Shown: piece after piece, positions 44,207-53,307 of the stretch
Layout of the letters: the number at the start of each line of letters is the position of its first letter
How positions within the stretch are numbered: position 1 is the first letter of the stretch
Origin: Oscillospiraceae bacterium
GTDB taxonomy: Bacteria; Bacillota; Clostridia; Oscillospirales; Butyricicoccaceae
Assembly: GCA_015068445.1 (NCBI GenBank)
Contig: SVKN01000003.1
Coordinates: 3,088-67,087, forward strand
Direction: 5' to 3'
DNA length: 64,000 nt
Made by a program: the position numbers and the translations under genes
The notes under the pieces: generated by a model
What the model saw: the letters and a program-made list of their open reading frames with translations, nothing else
The model's database searches: none
What the model was told of the DNA's origin: nothing

Positions 44207-44887
44207 ATGGTCAACGATTTTCCACGGACCCTCTCACTGCTGAGGAAGGAAAAGAAAATAAGCCAGCGCAAGGCGGCGGGCGATCTGGGCGTGTCGCAGG
44301 CGCTGCTGTCTCACTACGAAAACGGCATGCGCGAGCCGGGCCTGGAGTTCCTCGTCAAGGTGGCCAATTACTACGGCGTGTCGGCCGACTATCTGCTGGG
44401 GCGCACCATGAGCCGCGACGGCAGCGCGCTGATCCCGGAGCAGCTTCCCGACGTGATGGAGCAGCGGGACCACACTCTGAAGGGCAGCGCCATGGCGCTG
44501 TTCACCCGCAAGGTGCTGACCAACAGCCTCTCCCTGTTTTTCGATATCCTCGGCCGGTGCGGCGACCGCACGCTGATCGCCGAATGCGGCCTTTACCTCT
44601 ACACCTCCATTTACAAGGTCTATCGCCATGTGTACGCCTACGGGCGCACGAACCCCGATTCAGCCTTCCCCATCCCCTACGACTATGTGGACGCCATGTG
44701 CGACATGCAGCTGAAAAAGTGCGAGCTGTCCCTGACCCGCGGCACGGAGCTGCGGCGCGAGGACGAGGCCGTGGCCGACCTGACCATCGACGCCCTGCAG
44801 TCGCGGTACCCGCAGCTGGCGCCCTCGATGCTCAACCTGCTGCACACGGTCTCCGACAACTTAGAGGGGAAAAAGAACGGGCTTTAA
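44207..44887 (+). CDS. XRE-family HTH regulator with an uncharacterised C-terminal domain
   Basis: LSLLRKEKKISQRKAAGDLGVSQALLSHYENGMREPGLEFLVKVANYYGVSADYLLGRT is an HTH_3 domain. Start moved to MVNDF; the upstream 43 codons have no support. Confidence 0.8.
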   Translation: MVNDFPRTLSLLRKEKKISQRKAAGDLGVSQALLSHYENGMREPGLEFLVKVANYYGVSADYLLGRTMSRDGSALIPEQLPDVMEQRDHTLKGSAMALFTRKVLTNSLSLFFDILGRCGDRTLIAECGLYLYTSIYKVYRHVYAYGRTNPDSAFPIPYDYVDAMCDMQLKKCELSLTRGTELRREDEAVADLTIDALQSRYPQLAPSMLNLLHTVSDNLEGKKNGL

Positions 44888-44904
44888 AAGCAAATGACGT
44901 GGAT

Positions 44905-44933
44905 AAAGCGTTCCCTGTGAGGAACGCTTTTTT
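44905..44933 (+). terminator. intrinsic terminator
   Basis: AAAGCGTTCC-CTGTGA-GGAACGCTTTTTT. Confidence 0.75.
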
Positions 44934-44951
44934 CGTGAAAGGAGAGCTTTG

Positions 44952-46562
44952 ATGAAGCAGCGCGCCATCCTGAAAAACAAAACGTATCTTTATCTGACCG
45001 AGTTCTTCTCCGGTATGTCGGTCATGGCCGTGGAGCTGGGGGCCAGCAGGCTGCTGGCGCCGTATTTCAGCTCGTCCCAGATCGTGTGGACCATCATCAT
45101 CGGCACGATCATGATCGCCATGGCGCTGGGAAACATCTACGGCGGCCGCTCAGCGGACAAAAACCCCGATCCCGACCGGCTGTACACGCGCATCCTCATC
45201 GCCGCGCTGTGGATCGGGCTGATCCCGGTGGCGGGCAAGTATATCATCATCGGCATCACGGGCGTGATGATCTTCGCCATCGACACGAACCTGCTGATCG
45301 CCGCGGCCTTCGCCGCGTGCATGGTGATCTTCGTCTTCCCGCTGTTCCTGCTGGGCACGGTGACGCCGTCCCTGGCCAAGTACACCATGGACAGTCTGGG
45401 TGACAGCGGCAAGGTGGTGGGCATGCTGAACGCCGCCAACACCATTGGCTCGATCATCGGCACATTCGTGCCCACCTTCGTCACGATCCCCGCCGTGGGG
45501 ACGGCCGTGACGTTTCTGATCTTCGCCGGGATCCTGCTGGCGCTGGCCGCCGCCTATTTCCTCTCTGCCGGGATCGGCAAGGGGAAGACGATCGTCTCCT
45601 GCGTGATCCTGGCGCTGTGCTGCGTCTTCGGCAGCGGCAGCAGCTTCGCCTTCTGGGAGACCGATCTGACCGTGGAGGACGAGTCGATCTACAACTACCT
45701 GCGCGTCTATGAGGACGACCGGGCCGTGGCGCTGAGCACCAACGTGCTGTTCGGCGTCCAGTCGGTGTATCAGAAGGACGGCGGGCTGACGGGGATGTAT
45801 TACGACTACGCCATGGCGGCGCCCTATATGGCGGGCGTCCGGGAGGCCGGGCGGCCCCTGGACGTGCTGATCCTCGGCATGGGCACGGGCACCTACGCCA
45901 CCCAGTGCAGCCGGTACTTCGGCGAGATGAACGTGGAGGGCGTGGAGATCGACGAGAAGATCACCGCGCTGGCCCGGGACTATTTCCAGCTGCCCGACAG
46001 CGTGCCCGTGGTCACCTACGACGGCCGGGCGTACCTGCAGGCGCTGGAGAGCGACAGGCTCTACGACGTCATTCTGGTGGACGCCTTTCAGGACATCACG
46101 ATCCCCTTTCAGATGGCGTCCCGGGAGTTTTTCACGCTGGTGCATGACCATCTGCGGGACAGCGGCGTCATGGTGGTGAACATGAACATGCGCGGCCAGA
46201 CCGAGGACAGCATCAACGACTGGCTCAGCGACACCATCGCGTCCGTGTTCCCCGTCGTCTGTACCGCCGACGTCCGCGGCTCCACCAACCGGGAGCTGTT
46301 CGCCGGGCGCGGCGACCTGATCGGGACCTTTGACGAAAACCTGCTGGAGGAGACGAATGTGGCCATGGTGGACCTGATGGCCAGAGTCCGGGAGGGTCTG
46401 ACGGTCTACGATGCGGGCGGCCGGGTCATGACCGACGACCGCGCCCCCGTGGAGCTGCTGAGCATGCGCGCCATGGACGAGCTGATCTCCGACGAGGTGT
46501 CGTATTACAAGGGCCAGGTCCAGGGCATGAGCATCGGCGAGATACTGGACATGCTGCAATAA
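44952..46562 (+). CDS. fused polytopic membrane domain / spermidine-synthase-like methyltransferase-fold protein
   Basis: Seven to eight N-terminal TM helices, then VLILGMGTGTYA...VEGVEIDEKI...DVILVDAF...SREFF...GVMVVN (SAM-dependent aminopropyltransferase fold). SD AAAGGAGAG. Confidence 0.75.
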   Translation: MKQRAILKNKTYLYLTEFFSGMSVMAVELGASRLLAPYFSSSQIVWTIIIGTIMIAMALGNIYGGRSADKNPDPDRLYTRILIAALWIGLIPVAGKYIIIGITGVMIFAIDTNLLIAAAFAACMVIFVFPLFLLGTVTPSLAKYTMDSLGDSGKVVGMLNAANTIGSIIGTFVPTFVTIPAVGTAVTFLIFAGILLALAAAYFLSAGIGKGKTIVSCVILALCCVFGSGSSFAFWETDLTVEDESIYNYLRVYEDDRAVALSTNVLFGVQSVYQKDGGLTGMYYDYAMAAPYMAGVREAGRPLDVLILGMGTGTYATQCSRYFGEMNVEGVEIDEKITALARDYFQLPDSVPVVTYDGRAYLQALESDRLYDVILVDAFQDITIPFQMASREFFTLVHDHLRDSGVMVVNMNMRGQTEDSINDWLSDTIASVFPVVCTADVRGSTNRELFAGRGDLIGTFDENLLEETNVAMVDLMARVREGLTVYDAGGRVMTDDRAPVELLSMRAMDELISDEVSYYKGQVQGMSIGEILDMLQ

Positions 46563-46573
46563 AGAAATAATGG

Positions 46574-46607
46574 AAAAGCCCTGCGGGTCCTGCCCGCAGG
46601 GCTTTTT
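46574..46607. terminator. bidirectional terminator
   Basis: AAAAGCCCTGCGGG-TCCTG-CCCGCAGGGCTTTTT. Confidence 0.8.
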
Positions 46608-46620
46608 GCGTGGTCAAGGT

Positions 46621-47451
46621 TTACTTCTTCGTCCAGACGGGGATGGACGAGCCCTTGGAGACCTCCTCGATGACCTTGATCACCTCGTCGGTCTGGTAGG
46701 CGGCGACGACCTTCTTGAAGGCCTCGTTGTCCTTGTCCTCGGTGCGGGCGACGATGACGTTGATGTAAGGGTTGTCCGCGCCTTCGGCCACAGGCTCCAG
46801 ATAGACGGCGTCCTGGGAGGGGATCAGGCCGTTGTCCACGGCGTGGCCGCTGTTGATCATGGCAGCCGTCACATCGGGCAAGAGCCCGGCGGTCAGAGAG
46901 GCCTCCACCTCGATGAACTCGATGTTCAGCGGGTTAGAGGTGATGTCGGTGACGAAGGGCGTGTACCCGGCGGCGGGATCGACCTCGATGACGCCCGCGC
47001 CCTCCAGGACCTTCAGAGAGCGGCCGCCGTTCGTCACGTCGCTGGGAATGGCGATCTTGTCGCCTTCCTTGAGCTCGGAAATATCGCTGATTTTCTGGCT
47101 GAACAGGCCCAGGGGCGCGATGACCGTCTCGCCGATGACCGTCAGGTCATAGCCGTTCTTCTCGCAGTCGTTGCGCAGGTAGGCGTAATGCTGGAAGGCG
47201 TTGAGGTCGATCTCGCCGTCGCTGAGGGCCTGATTGGGCAGGGTGTAGTCGGAAAACGAGACGATCTGCAGGTCGATGTTCTGGTCGGCCAGCGTCTTTT
47301 TTGCCACCTGCCAGGCTTCGTTGGATTCGCCGACGACGCCCAGCTTGATGACTGTGGGCTCGCCGTTCGCTGCGGGCGCTTCCTCGCTGCCGCAGGCGGC
47401 GAGAGTGAACAGAAGGGCCAGAAGGCTCAGGATCGCAAGTGTCTTTTTCAT
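46621..47451 (-). CDS. metQ: methionine ABC transporter substrate-binding lipoprotein
   Basis: Lipobox LFTLAAC. NlpA/MetQ motifs IKLGVVG, LNAFQH, IAIPSD.TNGGR and YINVIVAR. SD TAAGGAGAA. The tracked upstream extension to 47943 overlaps metI and is an artefact. Confidence 0.9.
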   Translation of the reverse strand: MKKTLAILSLLALLFTLAACGSEEAPAANGEPTVIKLGVVGESNEAWQVAKKTLADQNIDLQIVSFSDYTLPNQALSDGEIDLNAFQHYAYLRNDCEKNGYDLTVIGETVIAPLGLFSQKISDISELKEGDKIAIPSDVTNGGRSLKVLEGAGVIEVDPAAGYTPFVTDITSNPLNIEFIEVEASLTAGLLPDVTAAMINSGHAVDNGLIPSQDAVYLEPVAEGADNPYINVIVARTEDKDNEAFKKVVAAYQTDEVIKVIEEVSKGSSIPVWTKK

Positions 47452-47465
47452 GGTGATTCTCCTTA

Positions 47466-48143
47466 TCAGTGAGTCGTTTTTTTGATGATGAAATTGCCAA
47501 GGGCCTGCACCGAGAACACCAGGGCCAGGATGATGATCATGGCGGCGTAGGTGCAGTCGGTCTGCTGGCGCTGGTGGCCCCACATGATGGCGAAGTTGCC
47601 GAGACCGCCGCCGCCCACGGCGCCGGCCATGGCCGTCAGGCCGATGAGGCTGATCAGCGTGATGGTGGTGCCACGGACGATGGCCGGGATGCTCTCCCGC
47701 AGGTAGACCTTGAAGAGGATCTCCAGCGGGCTGTCGCCCATGCTCTGGGCAGCCTCCACGAGACCGTGGTCCAGCTGGGCCAGCGCGGCCTCGATCTGGC
47801 GGGAGAAGAAGGGCACTGTGCCGAAGATCAGCGGCAGGATCGCGCCCCGGGTGCCGATGGCCGTGCCCATGACCGCGCGGGTCAGCGGCACGAGGGCCGT
47901 GAGCAGGATGACGAAGGGGATCGAACGGAAGATGTTGATGCACTTGTCCAGCACGGCGTAGAGCTTCGGATGCTCCATCACGCCGCCCCGGCGGGTGGCC
48001 GTCAGCACGACGCCGACGAACAGGCCGATGCAGAAGGACACCAGACCCGACACCGCCACCATAGACAGCGTCTGCAGGATGGCACTGAGGAACTGAGGGC
48101 CCTTGTCGGCCATATTGGGGAAAAGCGAGGACAGGATGGTCAT
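47466..48143 (-). CDS. metI: methionine ABC transporter permease
   Basis: MetI-like permease (EAAQSMGDSPLEILFKVYLRESIPAIV), five TM. Confidence 0.9.
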   Translation of the reverse strand: MTILSSLFPNMADKGPQFLSAILQTLSMVAVSGLVSFCIGLFVGVVLTATRRGGVMEHPKLYAVLDKCINIFRSIPFVILLTALVPLTRAVMGTAIGTRGAILPLIFGTVPFFSRQIEAALAQLDHGLVEAAQSMGDSPLEILFKVYLRESIPAIVRGTTITLISLIGLTAMAGAVGGGGLGNFAIMWGHQRQQTDCTYAAMIIILALVFSVQALGNFIIKKTTH

Positions 48144-49171
48144 CGGTCGATCACCTCGATCTGTACGTTGTTTTCGCTGAGATATTTGACGGCGTCGCGG
48201 ACGTTGTCCGGCTCGCCGGAGAAGATGAGGCCCAGGTTGCCAATGGTGGCGTCCCGGATGACCTCCATGCTGCCGAAGATGATGTTGCAGTCCACGTCGA
48301 ACTGCCGGGAGACCCGGGAGATCAGCGCCTGATCGGCGCTGCGGCCCAGGTATTTGAGCCGCGCCAGCACCTCGCCGGGCTTGAGGGCCACCACGGGGGA
48401 CTGCTCCTCCACCATCTCCGTGAGCTTGCTGAGGTTGCCCGTGCTGTCCACGAAGGACTTCGTCACCGTGGCCTGCGGGGCGGAGAAGACGTCGAGGACG
48501 TCGCCCTGCTCCACGATGAAGCCGTTTTCCATGACGGCCACGCGATCGCAGATCTCCTTGACCACGGCCATCTCATGGGTGATGACGACGATGGTCAGCC
48601 CCAGCGTGCGGTTGATCTTTTTCAAAAGCGCGAGGATCGAGCGCGTGGTGGCGGGGTCCAGAGCCGAGGTGGCCTCGTCGCACAACAGGACCTTGGGCGA
48701 GGAGGCGATGGCGCGGGCGATGGCCACGCGCTGCTTCTGGCCGCCGGACAGCTGGGAGGGGTAGGCGTTTTCCTTATCGGTCAGGTCCACCAGCTCCAGC
48801 AGCTCCCGCACCCGGGCGGCGATCTGCTCCGCGGGCAGCTTCTGCTTTTTCAGCGGCCATGCGATGTTGTGGAACACGGTGCGGGAGGGCATGAGGTTGA
48901 ACTGCTGGAAGATCATGCCCATGGACGTGCGGGCGTGGCGCAGGGCCTTGTCGTCCAGCGCCGTCAGCGTCCTGCCGTCCACGGTGACCGTACCGCTGTC
49001 GGGCCGCTCCAGCAGATTGATGCAGCGGACCAGCGTCGACTTGCCCGCGCCGGACAAGCCGATGATGCCGAAAATCTCCCCCGCATGGATATGCAGGGTG
49101 ACGTTTTTGACGGCCGCCACCGCGCCGGACTCTGTGTGAAATGTCTTTGAAACGTTTTCCAGACGGATCAT
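48140..49171 (-). CDS. metN: methionine ABC transporter ATP-binding protein
   Basis: GLSGAGKST, LSGGQKQRVAIARA, LLCDEATSALD, plus a C-terminal NIL/ACT-like domain (ISRVSRQFDVDCNIIFGSME...). Confidence 0.92.
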   Translation of the reverse strand: MIRLENVSKTFHTESGAVAAVKNVTLHIHAGEIFGIIGLSGAGKSTLVRCINLLERPDSGTVTVDGRTLTALDDKALRHARTSMGMIFQQFNLMPSRTVFHNIAWPLKKQKLPAEQIAARVRELLELVDLTDKENAYPSQLSGGQKQRVAIARAIASSPKVLLCDEATSALDPATTRSILALLKKINRTLGLTIVVITHEMAVVKEICDRVAVMENGFIVEQGDVLDVFSAPQATVTKSFVDSTGNLSKLTEMVEEQSPVVALKPGEVLARLKYLGRSADQALISRVSRQFDVDCNIIFGSMEVIRDATIGNLGLIFSGEPDNVRDAVKYLSENNVQIEVIDR

Positions 49172-49266
49172 GATAAGCTCCTTTTATCGGTTATTTTGTA
49201 TCAGGAGCGTCACATTCGTTCCTTCAGGACAGGTCTTTTGCTCATCCCTTCTCACCCTTTCCGCAC

Positions 49267-49305
49267 AAAAGAAAAAACCGGCCATCGCTGAAAGCGACGA
49301 CCGGT
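49267..49305 (-). terminator. intrinsic terminator within the metNIQ leader (attenuator)
   Basis: Minus strand reads ACCGGTCGTCGC-TTTCA-GCGATGGCCGGT followed by TTTTTTCTTTT. It lies about 100 nt upstream of the metN ATG. Confidence 0.6.
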
Positions 49306-49337
49306 CGTATGATAAAACTGCTGTTTCTCCGGCGGTT

Positions 49338-49448
49338 TTACGACGTTTTTCTGCGGTCATCGCTGAAAATGGGCATGCACATGCACATGGTACGCATAGC
49401 GCGCATCATGGAGCACATGCTGCAGCTGTTCAGACGAATACCGTTCAT
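49338..49448 (-). CDS. putative Met/Cys-rich leader peptide (36 aa)
   Basis: Minus-strand ORF MNGIRLNSCSMCSMMRAMRTMCMCMPIFSDDRRKTS, too short for the ORF track. An SD-like GAAAGGAAAGG lies 10-14 nt upstream. The ORF sits between the promoter and the attenuator terminator. Confidence 0.4.
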   Translation of the reverse strand: MNGIRLNSCSMCSMMRAMRTMCMCMPIFSDDRRKTS

Positions 49449-49485
49449 TCTGTCGGAGCCTTTCCTTTCAAGAAACATTGAAGCC

Positions 49486-49514
49486 ATTATAATCTACTTT
49501 GGCGAGTTTGTCAA
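49486..49514 (-). promoter_or_regulatory. consensus promoter of metNIQ
   Basis: Minus strand reads TTGACA - 17 nt - TATAAT (perfect hexamers). Confidence 0.65.
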
Positions 49515-49534
49515 CACTTTTCAGCGATAAAGTG

Positions 49535-49580
49535 AAAAAGAATGAAAACAACGGGGCGCCGGCCTGCAGACCGGCGCCCC
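49535..49580 (-). terminator. intrinsic terminator of the pur operon (after purL)
   Basis: GGGGCGCCGG-(8 nt)-CCGGCGCCCC, followed on the minus strand by GTTGTTTTCATTCTTTTT. Confidence 0.7.
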
Positions 49581-49617
49581 GCAATGATTCGGACAGTTTT
49601 ACGCGACTGAAGCGACG

Positions 49618-52600
49618 TTATTTGAAATACTCGACGCCGCCCTCGAACAGAGGCTGGAACTTGTTGCCGGCGATGTTCTTCGCAACGTTCGCGCCCGTGC
49701 GCTCGGAATGGCCCATCTTGCCCAGCACGCGGCCGTCGGGGCTGGTGATGCCCTCGATGGCGGCCACCGATCCGTTGATGTTGATATCGATGTCCATGTT
49801 GGGTCTGCCCTTCTCGTCGCAGTACTGGAAGGCGATCTGACCGTTCTTCGCCAGCTCGGTCAGCGTCTTGGGGTCAGCCATGAAGCGGCCCTCGCCGTGG
49901 GAGAACGGGATGTTGTACACCTCGCCCACGCGGCACTTGAGCAGCCAGGGAGACTTGACGGAGGAGACGCGGGTGTAGGAGTAGATCGACTGGTGGCGGC
50001 CGATGGTGTTGAACGTCAGCGTGGGGCTGTGGGCGTCCAGCTCGGTGACTCTGCCGTAGGGCAGCAGGCCCAGCTTGATCAGCGCCTGGAAGCCGTTGCA
50101 GATGCCCAGTGCCAGACCGTCGCGGTTGTACAGCAGCTCGTGGATCTGCTCCGTGACGGCGGGATTGCGGAAGAAGGCCTGGATGAACTTGCCGGAGCCG
50201 TCGGGCTCGTCGCCGCCAGAGAAGCCGCCGGGGATGATGAGCATCTGGCTGGACTTGAGGGCCTCGATCAGCTCGCTGGCCGATTCCTCCAGCGCGGCGG
50301 GGGACATGTTGCGGATCAGGACGATCCTGCCCTTGCCGCCGGCGCGCTCCACGGCGCGGAGGGTGTCGAACTCGCAGTTGGTGCCCGGGAAGACGGGGAT
50401 CACGGCCTGCGGCGCGGCGACCTTCGTCATGGCGTGAGAGGCGCGGACCTTGTAGCTGAAGGCCGGGACGTCGCGGGCGATCTGGGACGTCTTCGTGGGG
50501 AAGATGGGCTCCAGCGTGCCCGTCAGCGCCGATTTGACCATGTCGAGAGACAGGTCGGCGGAGCGGAGGGCGATGGACTTGCCGCCCGTGCGGCCCAGCA
50601 GGACGCCCTCGCCGCACTCCTCGCTGAGCTCGGCGATGATCCCGCCAACGTTGCCGCCGAACAGGCGCGTTTCATCGAAGCCGTCCTCGAGGATGAAGCC
50701 GATATCGTTGCCCACGGCCATCTTGCACAGGCCCTCGATGATGCCGCCGCCCGTGACGGACCAGGCCGACAGGACAGTGCCGCCCTCGGTGAGGCAGTGG
50801 ATCTTCTTGAGGAAGGGCAGGACCTGCTCCAGCTCGCGGGGGCACTCGAAGTAATAGACATAGCTGCCCTTCTGCTTGAACTCCGGGGACAGGACCTTGT
50901 CGGCCCCCAGGGTGGTGATGGCGAAGGAGATCAGCGTGGGCGGCACGTCGATGTCGTTGAAGGTGCCGCTCATGGAGTCCTTGCCGCCGATGGCGGCCAT
51001 TTTCAGCGCGCGCTGTGCCTCGTAGGCGCCCAGGAGCGCGGCGAAGGGCTTGCCCAGACGGTCGGGCTCGCGGTTTGGCTTTTCAAAGAACTCCTGCAGG
51101 CTGAGATAGACGCCCTCGGGGTCGCAGCCCGCGGCCGCCAGCTTGGAGGCCGAGGAGACCACCGACAGCATGGCACCGTGGTAGGGGCTCTCGGCCATCA
51201 GGTAGGGATCGAAGCCGTAGGACATGACGGAGGCCGTGTTCGTCTCCCCCTGGATCAGCGGGAGCTTGGCGGCCATGACCTGGGTGGGGGTCAGCTGGTT
51301 CTTGCCGCCGTAGGGCATCAGCACGGAGGACGCGCCGATGGAGCCGTCGAAGCGAGTGCCCAGGCCCTTCTGCAGGCAGAAGCGCTCGGAGGACAGCAGG
51401 TCCGTCACCGCCTCGGCGATGTTGCCGTGGGGCAGGTCGCGCACGGCCAGGGACTGGACAGGCACGTGGACGGCGGCGTGCTTCTCCGCGCCGTTGGAAT
51501 TGAGGAACTCGCGGGAGATGTCGCACACGACGTCGCCGCGCCAGGTCATGCGGAGCCGGGGCTCCTCGGTGACCTTGGCCACCAGGGCGACTTCAAGGTT
51601 CTCGCCGTGGGCCAGGGCCGTGAAGGTCTCCACATCCTTGGGGGCCAGCACGACGGCCATGCGCTCCTGGGATTCGGAGATGGCCAGCTCGGTGCCGTCG
51701 AGGCCGTCGTACTTCTTGGGGACCTTGTCGAGGTCGATCTCAAGGCCGTCCGCCAGCTCGCCGATGGCGACGGAGACGCCGCCCGCGCCGAAGTCGTTGC
51801 AGCGCTTGATCAGCCGGGTGGCCCGGGGATCGCGGAACAGGCGCTGGAGCTTGCGCTCCTCGGGGGCGTTGCCCTTCTGGACCTCGGCGCCGCAGGTCTC
51901 GAGAGACTGGCTGCTGTGGCTCTTGGAGGAGCCGGTGGCGCCGCCGATGCCGTCGCGGCCGGTCTTGCCGCCCAGCAGGACGATCACATCGCCGGGGGCG
52001 GGGCGCTCACGCACGACGTTGGAGGCAGGGGCCGCCGCCACCACCGCGCCGGTCTCAAGGCGCTTGGCGACGTAGCCGGGATGGTACAGCTCGGAGACGA
52101 GGCCCGTGGACAGACCGATCTGGTTGCCGTAGGAGCTGTAGCCCTGAGAGGCCTTGCGGCAGATGGTGCGCTGAGGCAGCTTGCCCGGCAGCGTCTGATC
52201 CAGCGGAAGGTTGGGGTCCGCCGCGCCCGTGACGCGCATGGCCTGATAGACGTAGGCTCTGCCCGACAGCGGGTCGCGGATAGCGCCGCCCAGACAGGTG
52301 GCCGCGCCGCCGAAGGGCTCGATCTCCGTGGGATGGTTGTGGGTCTCGTTCTTGTACATCAGGAGCCAGGGCTCCTTGACGCCGTCCACGTCCGCCTCGA
52401 TGCGGATGGAGCAGGCGTTGATCTCCTCGCTCTCGTCGAGATTCGTCAGCACGCCCTCGTGCTTGAGGACCTTTGCGCCCGCGGTGGCGATGTCCATCAG
52501 CGTCACGGGGCGGGCGGCGGCTTTCTCGGGACCGTAGACCTCTTCCCTGCCCTGCAGGTAGTGGTCGTAGGCGGCCCTGACCGTGTCGTCGTCGATGGCG

Positions 52601-53304
52601 ACGTCGTCGAGACGGGTGAGGAAGGTGGTATGGCGGCAGTGATCGGACCAGTAGGTGTCGATCATGCGCAGCTCGGTCATGGTGGGGGCGCGGCCCTCGG
52701 AGCGGAAATAGTCGCGGAGAAAGGCCAGGTCGTGCTCGTCCATGGCGAGGCCGTAGCGCGCGATGTAAGCGTTCAGGTCAGCCTCGTCCATCAGGTCGTC
52801 CAGCACGGCGACCTTGTCGGGATGGGGATAGTTGTCCTCCAGGCTCTCGGGCTTTTCGGGGGACGCCTCGCGGCACTCCACGGGGTTGATGAGGCTCTTG
52901 CGGATCCTGTCCTTGTCCTGCTCGGTCAGCTCGCCCTCGAAGACGTAGACGACGGCGTTCTTGACCAGCGGGCGCTCGCCGCGGGTCATCAGAGCGATGC
53001 ACTGGCGGCAGGAGTCGGCGCGCATGTCGAACTGACCGGGCAGCGCCTCGACGATCAGCGTCCAGTCGCCCTCGGCGGGCATGGTCTCGTGATAGACGTC
53101 GTCGCAGGCAGGCTCGGAAAAGACGCCCCTGCAGGCCAGCTCGTAGGTGGGCTCGTCGATACCCTGACAGTCGTAGCGGTTGAGGATGCGCACGCGGCGG
53201 AGGCCGCCGATGCCCTCCTCGGCCGTCAGGCGCTCCAGCAGGGCCTTCGCCTCGGTATCAAAGCCGCGGCGCTTTTCGGTGAAGCATCTGAATACCTGAG
53301 CCAT
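49618..53304 (-). CDS. purL: phosphoribosylformylglycinamidine synthase, single-chain large form
   Basis: 1228 aa. The N-terminal PurS-like, central FGAM synthetase (HNHPTEIEPFGGAATC) and C-terminal glutaminase (ICNGFQAL, FSHGEGRF) domains lie in one polypeptide. Confidence 0.95.
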   Translation of the reverse strand: MAQVFRCFTEKRRGFDTEAKALLERLTAEEGIGGLRRVRILNRYDCQGIDEPTYELACRGVFSEPACDDVYHETMPAEGDWTLIVEALPGQFDMRADSCRQCIALMTRGERPLVKNAVVYVFEGELTEQDKDRIRKSLINPVECREASPEKPESLEDNYPHPDKVAVLDDLMDEADLNAYIARYGLAMDEHDLAFLRDYFRSEGRAPTMTELRMIDTYWSDHCRHTTFLTRLDDVAIDDDTVRAAYDHYLQGREEVYGPEKAAARPVTLMDIATAGAKVLKHEGVLTNLDESEEINACSIRIEADVDGVKEPWLLMYKNETHNHPTEIEPFGGAATCLGGAIRDPLSGRAYVYQAMRVTGAADPNLPLDQTLPGKLPQRTICRKASQGYSSYGNQIGLSTGLVSELYHPGYVAKRLETGAVVAAAPASNVVRERPAPGDVIVLLGGKTGRDGIGGATGSSKSHSSQSLETCGAEVQKGNAPEERKLQRLFRDPRATRLIKRCNDFGAGGVSVAIGELADGLEIDLDKVPKKYDGLDGTELAISESQERMAVVLAPKDVETFTALAHGENLEVALVAKVTEEPRLRMTWRGDVVCDISREFLNSNGAEKHAAVHVPVQSLAVRDLPHGNIAEAVTDLLSSERFCLQKGLGTRFDGSIGASSVLMPYGGKNQLTPTQVMAAKLPLIQGETNTASVMSYGFDPYLMAESPYHGAMLSVVSSASKLAAAGCDPEGVYLSLQEFFEKPNREPDRLGKPFAALLGAYEAQRALKMAAIGGKDSMSGTFNDIDVPPTLISFAITTLGADKVLSPEFKQKGSYVYYFECPRELEQVLPFLKKIHCLTEGGTVLSAWSVTGGGIIEGLCKMAVGNDIGFILEDGFDETRLFGGNVGGIIAELSEECGEGVLLGRTGGKSIALRSADLSLDMVKSALTGTLEPIFPTKTSQIARDVPAFSYKVRASHAMTKVAAPQAVIPVFPGTNCEFDTLRAVERAGGKGRIVLIRNMSPAALEESASELIEALKSSQMLIIPGGFSGGDEPDGSGKFIQAFFRNPAVTEQIHELLYNRDGLALGICNGFQALIKLGLLPYGRVTELDAHSPTLTFNTIGRHQSIYSYTRVSSVKSPWLLKCRVGEVYNIPFSHGEGRFMADPKTLTELAKNGQIAFQYCDEKGRPNMDIDININGSVAAIEGITSPDGRVLGKMGHSERTGANVAKNIAGNKFQPLFEGGVEYFK

Positions 53305-53307
53305 GTC

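Noticed and set aside
49172-49520. Expected SAM-I (S-box) riboswitch or Met T-box upstream of metN.
   Set aside because: Reading the minus strand, I found neither the S-box conserved segments (CUUAUCAAGAG, GGUGCUAA, AGAGAUAAG) nor the T-box (GGUGGUACCGCG) or a specifier-loop architecture. This needs an Infernal scan to be definitive.
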